Program-made: the position numbers and the translations under genes
Notes under the pieces: generated by a model
Databases searched by the model: none
Seen by the model: the letters and a program-made list of their open reading frames with translations, nothing else
What the model was told of the DNA's origin: nothing
Shown here: piece by piece, positions 1 to 10,649 of the stretch
Layout: each line of letters opens with the position of its first letter
Numbering within the stretch: the first letter of the stretch is position 1
Source: Octopus sinensis
Lineage: Eukaryota
Length of the DNA stretch: 64,000 bases
NCBI RefSeq assembly: GCF_006345805.1
Contig: NC_042998.1
Span: forward strand, 45,260,001-45,324,000
Direction of reading: 5' to 3'

Positions 1-147
1 TAGAAGTTCGCCATTACCTTCTGCCGGAGCCGCGTGGAGCTTAGGTGTTTTCGCTTATAAACACACACATCACCCAGTCTGAGATTCGAACCCACGATCC
101 CTCGACCGCGAGTTTGCTGCTCTAACCACTAGGCCATGTGCCTCCAC
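1..147 (-). mobile_element. tRNA-derived SINE (tRNA-Arg-like head), 5' part; continues beyond window start
   Basis: Reverse complement reads GTGGAGGCACATGGCCTAGTGGTTAGAGCAGCAAACTCGCGGTCGAGGGATCGTGGGTTCGAATCTCAGAC, with a Pol III A box (TGGCCTAGTGG) and B box (GGTTCGAATC). Same family recurs at 32773-33075 and 41078-41357. Confidence 0.85.
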
Positions 148-815
148 ATGAATTGGTATGCATTGCAAGAAACAGCTAGGTTTCTTTCTATTACATTCTA
201 CATAGTTCAACATACACAAGTTGATGTGTGAAAATTAAATTAAGAATTTTGAAAGAAGTTTCTGGAAAATACGTTTTTTTAAACAAACAGGGTCCACCAG
301 AATAAAATAGTAATCAAAGTGGTCCCTTGATAAAAACTGGTTGAGAACACCTGTTCTACATAATATGAATCAAGTTTTGCACGTTATTGTTACATTCCTG
401 GATTTAACATGCACTAACATGTATGTAGAAACAAATTTGCAGGTCTTAATTTTTCTTCCTGATTTAATAAATACTCTTCTATAATTAGCTTCATATATCA
501 TTGCTCAAATGTCATACCATACACAACATCATACTTGTATATTTAGCTCTATTTACAGACATTACTGCACCTCACTATAGTAACTGCAATCTGCTGTCAT
601 ACATATGACACTTACTTATAGTAGGTATTTCTGGATTTTAATCTAAATTGATAGTACTTAAGCTTTTATTCTTCTCACACCTACTCCCCTAATCCCAACC
701 CATAATCCAACTTGGGTTGGGAAGCAACTGGAGATTTAACTAACCATGTTACATTTCATAGATAGCCACCAATGCTAATTTAAACTTTCTTCTGTATATA
801 TTGTTCCTTTTGATA

Positions 816-1045
816 AGGCAGCGAGCTGGCAGAAACATTAGCATGCCGGGTGCAATGCTTAGCAGTATTTCGTCTGCCATTATGTTCTGAGTTCAAATTC
901 CGCCGAGGTCGACTTTGCCTTTCATCCTTTCGGGGTCAATAAATAAAGTACCTGTTACGCACTGGGGTTGATGTAATCGACTTAATTCCTTTGTCTGTGT
1001 TTGTTTGTCCCCTCTATGTTTAGCCCCTTTTAGGCAATAAAGAAA
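816..1045 (+). mobile_element. SINE family A (head AAGGCGGCGAGCTGGCAG), full-length copy with TSD
   Basis: A-box-like AGCTGGCAGAA and B-box GAGTTCAAATTCC. Flanked by a 17-bp direct repeat TATATATTGTTCCTTTT (795-811 and 1046-1062). More than 10 homologous copies in the window. Confidence 0.9.
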
Positions 1046-1179
1046 TATATATTGTTCCTTTTCATTGCAATGTATTCATTCCTCAAATTTATGTTGTTCC
1101 TTTTTGAAAAACATAAGTCTTCCCAAAAGACAACATATGTATATAGATATGCGCACACACACACACACTGTTATCATCA

Positions 1180-1365
1180 TCATGATTTAATGTCTGTTTT
1201 CCATTCTGATATGGGTTGGATGGTTTGACAGGATCCAGTGATCCACAGGTCTATGTCAGGCTCCAGTGTGAACTCTGGCATAGTTTCTATGACTGGATAC
1301 CCTTCCTTACACCAACTACTTTACAGTGTGTACTGGGTGTTGTTTATTTTTCATTCCACCAGCAC
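1180..1365 (-). mobile_element. RTE-type LINE 3' end with (GAT)n tail
   Basis: CATCATCATGATTTAATGTCTGTTTTCCAT...GGATACCCTTCCTTACACCAACTACT matches the 3' UTR physically linked to an RTE RT remnant at 8690-9610. Confidence 0.75.
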
Positions 1366-2589
1366 TAACGTGTGTGTGCGCGCACTCACGCGTGCATGTG
1401 CACATGTGCTTTAAGTTCTCAAATCTGAATGTAGTGCATTTCTTCACACATATCAAAGTGTTAGTGTCTGCATAAACCAATAAGGGAGTTAGTGTTGTCA
1501 CTGTGCTTGAGCTTTCAAAGAGTCTTTCAACGAGCACAAATGGAAACTATAAGACCATATGTTTTAGGTCCCTAATGTTTGAAACAATACTTTTCACAAT
1601 AAAACATAAAATACTTCCTTTAAACAACTTACCTCTATACTATCGGGTTGCTCAAGCAGAGATGAAATAGACTAAGCTCATACAATCAACATTAATGACA
1701 ACCTGTTACTAGATTTATTTTCCTGCATTGATTTAGTTGTTTTACAGAATTAGCCTCTCAAAGCAAATCTGACTTTACAGTAATGTTTTAAGTATTTCTT
1801 CGTTCTCTCTCCAACAACAACCCCCATGTATTTTAAGCAATTAAAGGTCACGTATACTTTGTTTAATGTTAATGACAATTGACAAAAGAAAATATAAGTT
1901 CAGGTGAGCAACAGTTTTAAAAGCTAGATAACTGCCATTTTTATAAGGTTTTGTTTGTTTTTATTATAATATAATTTTCTTTTCTTTAACTTATAAGCTT
2001 TGTGTGTATTTTATCTATTTATTATTAGCACTGTGAGGTGGCTGAAAACAAGGAGTTTATTTATTCTTTTGCATGTGTCTCATTCTGTTCAACGATAAAG
2101 TCACTTAAGTCTCTCTCTCTCTCTGAATATTTCTTTGTTCAACTATTTTTCTGATCACCCCCCCCCCCCCCCGACTTCACATAAGACTAAACAGATGATA
2201 AAACATAAATGTCCCTTCCATTTCTTCCCCCACCCCACAAAAAAAAATATAAATAAACATTCCAATTCAGATGTGACAACTGTCTCAACAAGCTACAGCT
2301 GTGTGTATAAAAGGATGCTGTGATTAATTACTATGGATAATTTTTCAAAGATAAATTAGAAACAGGTCATTTGGTTTGGTTCCCTGGTATCTTACACCTC
2401 TAGTCTGTGACACATTAAGCTCCAGAAGTATTTAATGATAGGTCTTTATTGCACAGATTAATAACTATTAATTATATTTCAGAAAAATATATTTAATGTC
2501 CGTTTTCCATTCTGACATGGGTTGGATGGTTTGACAGGATCCAGTGATCCACAGGTCTATGTCAGGCTCCAATGTGAACTCATATCCGT

Positions 2590-2870
2590 GGTCATCTGAT
2601 TTCTTCCATTAGACCAGATAGTAATGAAAAAAGTGCATTTTATTAGACCCAAGTCTATTGAAAGTTTGTTCTTTACTTATATAAAGGTCATAAGTCCTAG
2701 CACAATTGATCTGAGACACAGTCATCCTGGATGATATACTGTTTGGCTTCATGCCCAGCAGATGTACCACAGATGCAATCTTCATAGTGAGACAACTACA
2801 GAAGAATTATTTGGCTAAAAGTAAACCACCCTTCTTTGGCATTTGTTGACTTGGAAAAAGCCATGATATG
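2590..2870 (+). pseudogene. Decayed RTE-clade reverse transcriptase fragment
   Basis: Manual translation LDDILFGFMPSRCTTDAIFIVRQLQKNYLAKSKP..LAFVDLEKA matches the non-LTR RT motifs QFGF..GRST.DAIF..RQL and FVDLEKAFD. Confidence 0.8.
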
Positions 2871-3048
2871 ATGCCATATCATGACATATGTATGATATAA
2901 TGTATATAGATATATATGATATCATCAGCATTGTCATTTAACTCCCGCTTTCCATGATGGCATGGGTTGCACGGTTTCACTGAAGACTGGCAAGCCAGAA
3001 GGCATATATATTATATATTTATATATTATATATATTATGTATTATCTA

Positions 3049-4299
3049 CAGGGTGTGTAAGATATCTGAGGATAGCTTTATGTTCATAAAAAAAAACAGC
3101 TATATAATAACAGATAACTTTATTTATCAAAAAATGCTATGAGGATAAAAATAAACCTTCTTTTCTATAATGTTATTCAATAAAGCCACCTTCAGCTTCA
3201 ACAACTGCTCCTATATGAGATCAAAGTTATCTATATGCTCAAATAAAGTGGTCCTGGTTCATTTTAGACGTTACTCTGACTATGGCAGCTTTCAAATAAT
3301 CTTTGGTGCTATGGGTGTGTTCATTGACTTCTCTCTCAACAACTCTCCACATGGAATAGTCCAATGGATTGAGATCAGAAGAATTACGAGGCCAAATATT
3401 AGGGGTTATGTGATCATGAAAATTTTCAGCCATCCATTCTTGTGTTAATAGAGCCATCTGTGATAGTGCAGAGTCTTACTAAAACACATGGCCTTCCATT
3501 GCATACACTATCTCTCCAGGGCTTAACAATTATTTCCAGAACCTCAATATAGGCAACAGAATTAACTCTAAGGCCTTGTGGAAATAATTAAGGAGGCATC
3601 ACATGTCCTTCATTGCTGACAACCCCTAAAACCATGACAATTGCAGGAAATTTTGTATGCATAGCACTTGGAACTTCAGAAGGGTCTGCACATAACCATC
3701 TGCAATTTCTTCTGTTAATTTTTTGATCTTGGTCAAAGTTTTAATAATTTGAGAAAAACCAAATCAAATCTTCTGCTGCTGGATTTTTCAGTTTGTTTAA
3801 GAGCCTTTTAGATCTAATGTAGTGATTTTCTTTCACGTTTTATGACAAATTGACCTTTCCTTATCATATAAGACTTCTATCTGATATCCTTGTGGACAAC
3901 ATTTCTAACTGTTCCTTCTGACGCATTGAGATCTTTTGCAATTGACTTCTGAGATTGTAATGAAAGGTCTGTTGAACTTGCTGGGTAAATTCAAGTGTTC
4001 TGATGATTTCAGAGTATTTACAATGCTTTTTATGCTTTGATACTGGTGATGCACTTCCATCTTCAGTCTCTAGCTATTTACAAATTTTGTAGATGAAAGA
4101 TCTGGTAACTTTTAACAATCAAGATATTTCTAAATTGCTATGCTCAGCCTTTATAACCACAATAACAGCATACTTCTTCATTTCTTGAGAAAGCTGAGGG
4201 TCTGCCATTATTATTTTCTGAAACAAACATTATACAGAGTTAGCAAAAAATGCAGCAATGACCCCAAATGATATATCCTCAAATACCTTACATACCCTG
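3049..4299 (-). mobile_element. Full-length decayed Tc1/mariner DNA transposon, DD37D (maT) type, 1251 bp
   Basis: 26-bp TIRs CAGGGTGTGTAAGATATCTGAGGATA (3049-3074) vs reverse complement of 4274-4299 (23/26 identical). TA at 3047-3048 and 4300-4301. Internal transposase remnant present. Confidence 0.93.
3173..4208 (-). pseudogene. maT/mariner-like transposase pseudogene (multiple stops and frameshifts)
   Basis: Starts MADPQLSQEMKKYAVIV at 4208. Later segments MVLGVVSNEGHVMPP and **DSALSQMALLTQEWMAENFHDHITPNIWPRNSSDLNPLDYSMW: 37 residues between the QD aspartate (3473-3475) and the NPLD aspartate. Confidence 0.88.
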
Positions 4300-4407
4300 T
4301 AGATGTGAATGTGTGTGTATGTATGTATATATGTGGGTATACATGTATGTATATATATATGTCTGTAGATATGTATATGTGTGTATATATGTTTATATAT
4401 ATATATA

Positions 4408-4571
4408 TATAAAATATTATTCGAGACAAAACCACTATTTGCAAAACAAACAAGGAAAGACTTAATTAATACATAAAATTTTAATGACTATTTATTAAAA
4501 TTTTATGTATTATTAAGTCTTTCCTTGTTTGTTTTGCAAAATAGTGGTTTTGTCTCGAATAATATTTTATA
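4408..4571. repeat. Fold-back inverted repeat, 78-bp arms, 8-nt loop
   Basis: 4408-4485 is the reverse complement of 4494-4571 apart from two 1-nt indels; loop GACTATTT. Confidence 0.95.
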
Positions 4572-4649
4572 ATATTTTACTATAAAATCGATTTAATCCT
4601 AAATCTGATTTTTTTCCCTGTAATTTGGATTTATCCCTAATATTTATTA

Positions 4650-5265
4650 TTATTATATATATAATATATATATATATATATAATATATGTCTGCATATGT
4701 GTATATATGCATATGTCTGCATATATATGTAGATGGGTGTATATACATGAATGTATATATATGTATGTGTATATATATATATATATATATGTATGTGTAT
4801 ATATATATATATGTATGTGTATATATGTATGTGTATGTATGTGTATATATGTATGTGTATGTATGTGTATATATATGTATGTGTATATGTATATATGTAT
4901 CTGTATATATGTATGTGTATATGTATATATGTATCTGTATATGTATATATGTATCTGTATATATATATATGTATGTGTATATATGTATGTGTATATATAT
5001 ATATGTATGTGTATATATATATATGTATATGTATATATGTATGTGTATATATGTATATGTATATGTATATATGTATATGTATATGTATATATGTATGTGT
5101 ATATATGTATATGTATATATGTATGTGTGTATATGTATATATGTATGTGTATATGTATATATGTATGTGTGTATATGTATATATGTATGTGTATATGTAT
5201 ATATGTATGTGTATATATGTATGTGTATATGTATATATATGTGTATGTGTGTATATATATATGTA

Positions 5266-5308
<43 letters not shown>

Positions 5309-5325
5309 ATATATATATATATATA
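4650..5325. repeat. Compound (TA)n/(TG)n/(TATG)n microsatellite
   Basis: Directly visible; source of the spurious Y/I/C/V/M ORFs. Confidence 0.98.
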
Positions 5326-6366
5326 AAGGACCTTATAGCTTTCTTTCAAAGGATGGGCTTACGGATTACGATAGATACTAACCTGAATAGTGTAGTTTTT
5401 TAGACGTAAATTTTAATGTAAGATCGGATAGATTTAAACCTTTCCGTAAGCCCAATGAAAAGCTATCGTATATTAGCAAAGATTCGAACCATCCACCAGT
5501 TATCCTTAGCAACTTAGTCAGCAATGTAGGTAGAAGAATATCTTCAATTTCTTCGGACGAGGCAGCATTCCATAATGCTGCACCTTATTACGATAGCGCA
5601 TTAAAGAATAGTGGATTCTCGGAGAAGATCCAGTTCAACCAGCTTAATGCTAATAATAATGCTGCACGAAGAACTAGGACCAGGAAAGTTTTGTGGTTCA
5701 ACCCGGCTTTCATTTGGCCGTAAAGACTAATATAGGTAAGGAATTTTTGAGATTAGTCTCTAAGCATTTTAAGCAGGGTCATAAATTCTACAGAATATTT
5801 AATAGAAGAACCCTGAAGGTTAGCTATTCTTGTTGCAGAAATTTCGCCTCTTACATTAGCCAACATAATAGGAAGCTAATTGAGATTAGACATGGTGCCG
5901 AGCCCATTAAGAAATGTAATTTCAAAAACGAAAGCTCCTGTCCGTTAGAAGGAAATGTCTAGTGAAAGGAGTAGTTTATAGAGCCAAGGTGCAAGTGGAA
6001 GGCTCATTGGAATACAAGACATACACAGGGGCTTCAGAAAATTCATTTAAAACAAGATTTTATTCTCATAAGAATTCTTTTAAATACCCAGAGAATAGGA
6101 AGAAAACCAGCCTAGCAAAATATGTCTGGGAACTAAAAGAAAAGGAAGCCCCACCTTTCAACGTGACATGGAGCATTCTGGACAGGGCGGCACCATACAG
6201 GCATGGAGCTTACAAATATAATTTCAAGTGCAAGCTTTGCTTATTAGAAAAAATGCACATATTATTCAAAGACAATAATTCTTTGAATCAAAGAAGTGAG
6301 TTAATGAACTTATGTAGGCACGCGGCTAAATTTAAAATGTCGAATATAAATATACCATATGGATAG
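5326..6366 (+). pseudogene. Penelope-like RT (thumb/linker) and GIY-YIG endonuclease ORF, three -1 frameshifts
   Basis: Stitched translation: [92 protein letters not shown]/..VKTNIGKEFLRLVSKHF..IFNRRTLKVSYSC..CPLEGN/C LVKGVVYRAKV..KTYTGASENSFKTRFYSHKNSF..CKLCLLEK..NQRSELMNLCRH. These are typical PLE motifs (FLDV, SNHPP, WFNP, VVY-YxG, EK, N). Confidence 0.93.
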
Positions 6367-7350
6367 AGTATATATTTTGTATTTTGATTTTTGATTTTTG
6401 ATTTTGACTCTTAAGCGCTACGACGGATCTATAGCAAAGTCTTATTGTTTCTACATATATATTAGGAAAAACCTACAAACTTTGTTTTCATGTTATTGTA
6501 TTGCATAGGATTACCTTGATTATTTATATTACCTTGATTATTTATAAATGACCCAAAATAGAATGTTATATTTTATTTTATGTCTTTCGTATATATTTTT
6601 ATTAATGCACCCATTTTTTAAAAGCAATGTTGTCAAATTTAGAATGTTTATATAAGTTTGTGTATAGCAAAGCATATGTATTTGTAAGCATGCGTATCTG
6701 TGTATGTGTAAGTGAAAGTATGCTTGTGCTTAAGCACGCATACACACGACGGTATGTATATGTATCAATTCAAACTTGTGTATGTATACTGGCCTCTATA
6801 GATGCCAATAACATCGCTACAAGTTTTCCCCCCCCCCTCTTTCGTTCCTTTTTCTCTCTTTCCCTTTCTTTCGTTCCCCCTCCTTGCTCAGTATATGAGA
6901 ATTGCTACATAGATGAATTTTAGCTTGCGTGCGAGACGGTTTGCGTGAATATATGTACACATGCTTTTATGTGTATAATTTAGATTCATATTCATACGTC
7001 TGTATATGTATGTATGGCGTTTACGCGCATCCTTTTGTGTATGTTGATATATATATGTGGATTTTAATATAAATATGTATTGCAGTATTTATAACAGGTT
7101 TAATTTCTATGCATTAATTTGTACTGTCTTCATTAACGGCAATAGGTTTTTCCTCGGATTTTATAATTTTTATAATTTTTATAAGTTTTTTTATATATAT
7201 ATACATATATTTTTGACCTTTTTGTTTATCGCTCGAAGATTGACCGTTTTTTTTCTAAAGGGCCAATCAAACAAGTCCATTTCTTTTTAAAGGTGTAGCG
7301 TTTGTAAGAGTATAGATTGAATTAATATATATGTTCCATTCTAGCAAAAA

Positions 7351-7387
7351 CTGTCTGATGAACGGCACGAGAAACTCAGAGTAACAG
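7351..7387 (+). ncRNA. Minimal type I hammerhead ribozyme motif
   Basis: CTGT-CTGATGA-ACGGCACGA-GAAA-CTC-A-GAG-TA-ACAG. Stem I CTGT/ACAG, intact CUGAUGA and GAAA cores, palindromic stem III ACTC-A-GAGT, GUA cleavage triplet (cut predicted after 7383). Stem II is imperfect in this copy. Confidence 0.75.
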
Positions 7388-7489
7388 ATTTTGTTGAATT
7401 TTCTGCTGCTTAAAATAAAGCATATTACTCTACCACTGGTATTTGAGTACTCTTTTTTCCACCTTGTTTCACATTTATGTGTTACTCCG

Positions 7490-8040
7490 GTATATTTATA
7501 TATATATATATATTATTTGTATATATATATATATATATTTGTATATATATGTATATATTTGTATATATATGTATATATTTGTATATATATGTATATATTT
7601 GTATATATATGTATATATATATGTATATATATGTATATATATATGTATATATATGTGTATATATATGTATATATATATGTATATATTTGTATATATATGT
7701 ATGTATATGTATATATTGTATATATATATGTGTGTATATATTTGTATATATATGTGTGTATATATTTGTATATATATATGTGTGTATATATGTATATATG
7801 TGTGTGTATATATATGTATATATGTGTGTGTATATATGTAATATGTGTGTGTATATATATGTATATATGTGTGTGTATATATTGTATATATATATGTGTG
7901 TATATATATGTATATATGTGTGTGTATATATATGTATATATGTGTGTGTATATATATGTATATATGTGTGTGTATATATATGTATATATGTGTGTGTATA
8001 TATATGTATATATGTGTGTGTATATATATGTATATATGTG

Positions 8041-8073
<33 letters not shown>

Positions 8074-8125
8074 TTATGTATATATGTGTATATATGTATG
8101 TAAGTATATATATGTAAATATATAG
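7490..8125. repeat. Compound (TA)n/(TG)n microsatellite with higher-order ~20-bp periodic blocks
   Basis: Directly visible; e.g. TATATATGTATATATGTGTGTG repeated from about 7900 to 8040. Confidence 0.97.
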
Positions 8126-8159
8126 GGCACAATTCAAGCGTGATCGTTGCCAACGTCGA

Positions 8160-8358
8160 CTTACTGGCACCTGTGCCAGTGGCATCTAAGAAGCACCCAC
8201 TACACTGTCGGAGTGGTTGGTGTTAGGAAGGACATCCAGGTGTAGAAACTCTGCCAGATCAAGATTGGAACCTGGTGCGGCCATCTGGTTCACCAGCCGT
8301 CAGTCAAAATCGTCCAACCCATGCTAGCATGGAAAGCGGACGTTAAACGATGATGATG
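8160..8358 (+). mobile_element. RTE-type LINE 3' end with (GAT)n tail
   Basis: GTGCCAGTGGCATCTAAGAAGCACCCACTAC..TTAGGAAGGACATCCAG..ATGGAAAGCGGACGTTAAACGATGATGATG. Confidence 0.85.
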
Positions 8359-8689
8359 TATATATATATATATATATGTGTGTGTGTATGTGTGTGTGTG
8401 TATGTGTGTGTGTGTGTGTATGTATGTGCATGTATGTATATATGTGTGTGTATATATATGTGTGTGTGTATATGTATGTATGTGCATGTATGTATATTTG
8501 TGTGTATATATATATATATGTGTGTGTATATGTATGTATGTGCATGTATGTGTATATATATATATATATGTGTGTGTATATGTATGTATGTATGTGCATG
8601 TATATATGGTATATATATATGTATATGTGGTATATATATACGTGTGTGTATGTGTATATATGTATATATATACTTACATTTATGTAATG

Positions 8690-9610
8690 CCAACCACTCC
8701 GAGAATGTAGTGGGTGGTTTTTAACTGCCACCGGTATAAGAGCCAGTGAGGTGGCCCTCACATTGGTCACATTTGCATAGTTCTTTTTACATGCCACTGC
8801 CACAGGAGCCAGTCAGGAGGCATCCACATCGACCACATTCAGTTGGTGAATTTTATGTGCCACTAGCACCGGAGCTAGTCCGGCAGCACTGGCATCGACC
8901 ATGTTCAGATGGTGCATTTTACTTGCCAGTAGCATTGAATCCAACCAAAGGGCACCTGCCTCAGCTACGATATTGGTTTTATTTGACTCAACATGTTTTC
9001 TCAAGCAGATCATATTGCCTGATGTATCAAGTGTACTTTTAAATGCGCCGGACATGCAACACTGGCATTGGCCATGACTGTGATCTCACTTTAGTTGCCA
9101 GGTATTCTCAATCACAGCATATCTCTAAAGGTCTTGGACTCCCATCATTGCCCCCTGAGGGCCAATTTTCAAAGGTCATGCTTTATCATTTCATCCTATG
9201 TCTTACCTCTTCCACAGATTCCTTTCACAATTAGGGTGCAGCACTTCCTCACACAGCTGTCCTCACCCATACCTAACACATGACCATACCAGCACAGATG
9301 TCTCTCTTGCACACCACATTTGATGCTTCTTATGTCCAACTTTTCTCTCAGGGCACTCACACTCTGTCATGTATGCACCCTGACATTACACATCCAGTGG
9401 GTCATTAGCATCATTTCTTTCTAGCCTACACATGTCTTCAGCAGTCATGGCCCATGTTTCATTGCCGTGTAGCAAGACAGTTGGCACACATGTCTACTTT
9501 TCATCCTGAGCGAGCAGCCCATAGTTAGCAGCAGAGGTAAGAGCTCCCTGAACTTTGCCCAGGTTATTTGTATTCTAACCGCTACACTCTCAGAGCAACC
9601 ACTCCTGCCA
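8690..9610 (-). mobile_element. RTE LINE 3' portion: RT C-terminal remnant plus 3' UTR with 66-bp tandem units
   Basis: Minus-strand translation includes WAKFRELLPLL, LLHGNETWAMTAEDMCRLERND, LREKLDIRSIKCGVQERHLCWYGHVLGM, DEMIKHDL. UTR anchor TGCCA recurs at 8726, 8792, 8858, 8924 (period 66). Confidence 0.85.
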
Positions 9611-10649
9611 CAGACATGGTTGCCTAGGTATGTTTGAATTGCATTTAATTTTTACCATTATAGATAACAACTCAGGCTGTAACTTCTGAGCCTGAGTCAG
9701 GCATGTGTGAACGATGTTTAGAGAACATCTGCTACGAATGATACTTTTTGATACAGGGCACCTCTAAGACGACCGCCAAACACTGAACAAAAATAGATAA
9801 ACTGTGACCAAGCACAATAAAAGGAGCCCAAGTTATTGGCTGCACTGACATACTTTATTTGAATGTTGGCAGAAATTAAATCCGCTTGCATATACACATT
9901 CACTTTACTAAATTTATACTCAAGTAAAGCCTGAACAGCCCAGGTGTCAGTCGCTATTGATATATATACATAAATGCATTAATGTATGTAGATATATATT
10001 TACATACACATATGCATACATACCCACAAAACCTTTTCTTGAATTACAACAGCATTCATATTGATTTCTTTAATGGTTTTCTTCTGCATAATGTTGATTT
10101 CTTTTGAATTATATTCATAAGAATATTTCCTGACTTTGCCATAACATCACAGAATGTAAGGGATGGGTTAGACAGCAAAATCGACTCTCACACATGATAT
10201 GCCTGTTGTACCTATCATGAAATTGAAGTCAAAAAAGGCATGTAGTAAACCAGCTAATATGTGACTGGTACTTTATTTATCACCTCCAGCAATATGTAAG
10301 TCAGACAGTAAAGTAATAATACTAATTACTTATAGACATATATTTTGTCTGGCCAATTGGGAAATAATACATTGCCTTGAACAGGTTTTTCACTGATGAA
10401 TGGAAACAAAAGATGCCACTTGTATGACATGAGACTCATTTTTAAAACGATCTAGTCATGTCATGATAAGAAGGTACACACACACATGCATATGTGTGTG
10501 TGCATACATCCATACATGTGTGTATTATATATATATATATAGTGGGTGAGAGAGAGATGCAGGACCCCGAAGTTGGGATAGGCTAGAGTATGGGGTAGGA
10601 GCCAAACAATAAGCAGGAAACAGGTGATATAAGTAAGGCAAGGACCGCT

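Larger units (their letters stand above)
5326..7495 (+). mobile_element. 5'-truncated Penelope-like retroelement with C-terminal GIY-YIG endonuclease and putative 3' pseudo-LTR
   Basis: RT C-terminus plus endonuclease at 5326-6366, about 1 kb non-coding, then a hammerhead motif and ~130-nt AATAAA-containing tail ending in microsatellite. Inclusion of 6367-7495 in the element is inference. Confidence 0.8.

Noticed and set aside
4211-5403. Long ORFs of 190-260 aa rich in Y/I/C/V/M/H/T (also at 7391-8185, 8290-8803, 13165-13566, 14322-14817, 29604-29999)
   Set aside because: Translations of (TA)n/(TG)n/(CA)n microsatellites, which lack stop codons in several frames; not genes.
8690-8940. 66-bp periodic repeat with variable inter-anchor sequence, superficially CRISPR-like
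   Set aside because: Eukaryotic context, units are homologous along their whole length, they are attached to an RTE ORF remnant, and there are no cas genes.
10393-10415. CTGATGA-ATG-GAAAC, a hammerhead-like core
   Set aside because: Only 3 nt for stem II, and no stem I or stem III pairing; chance match.
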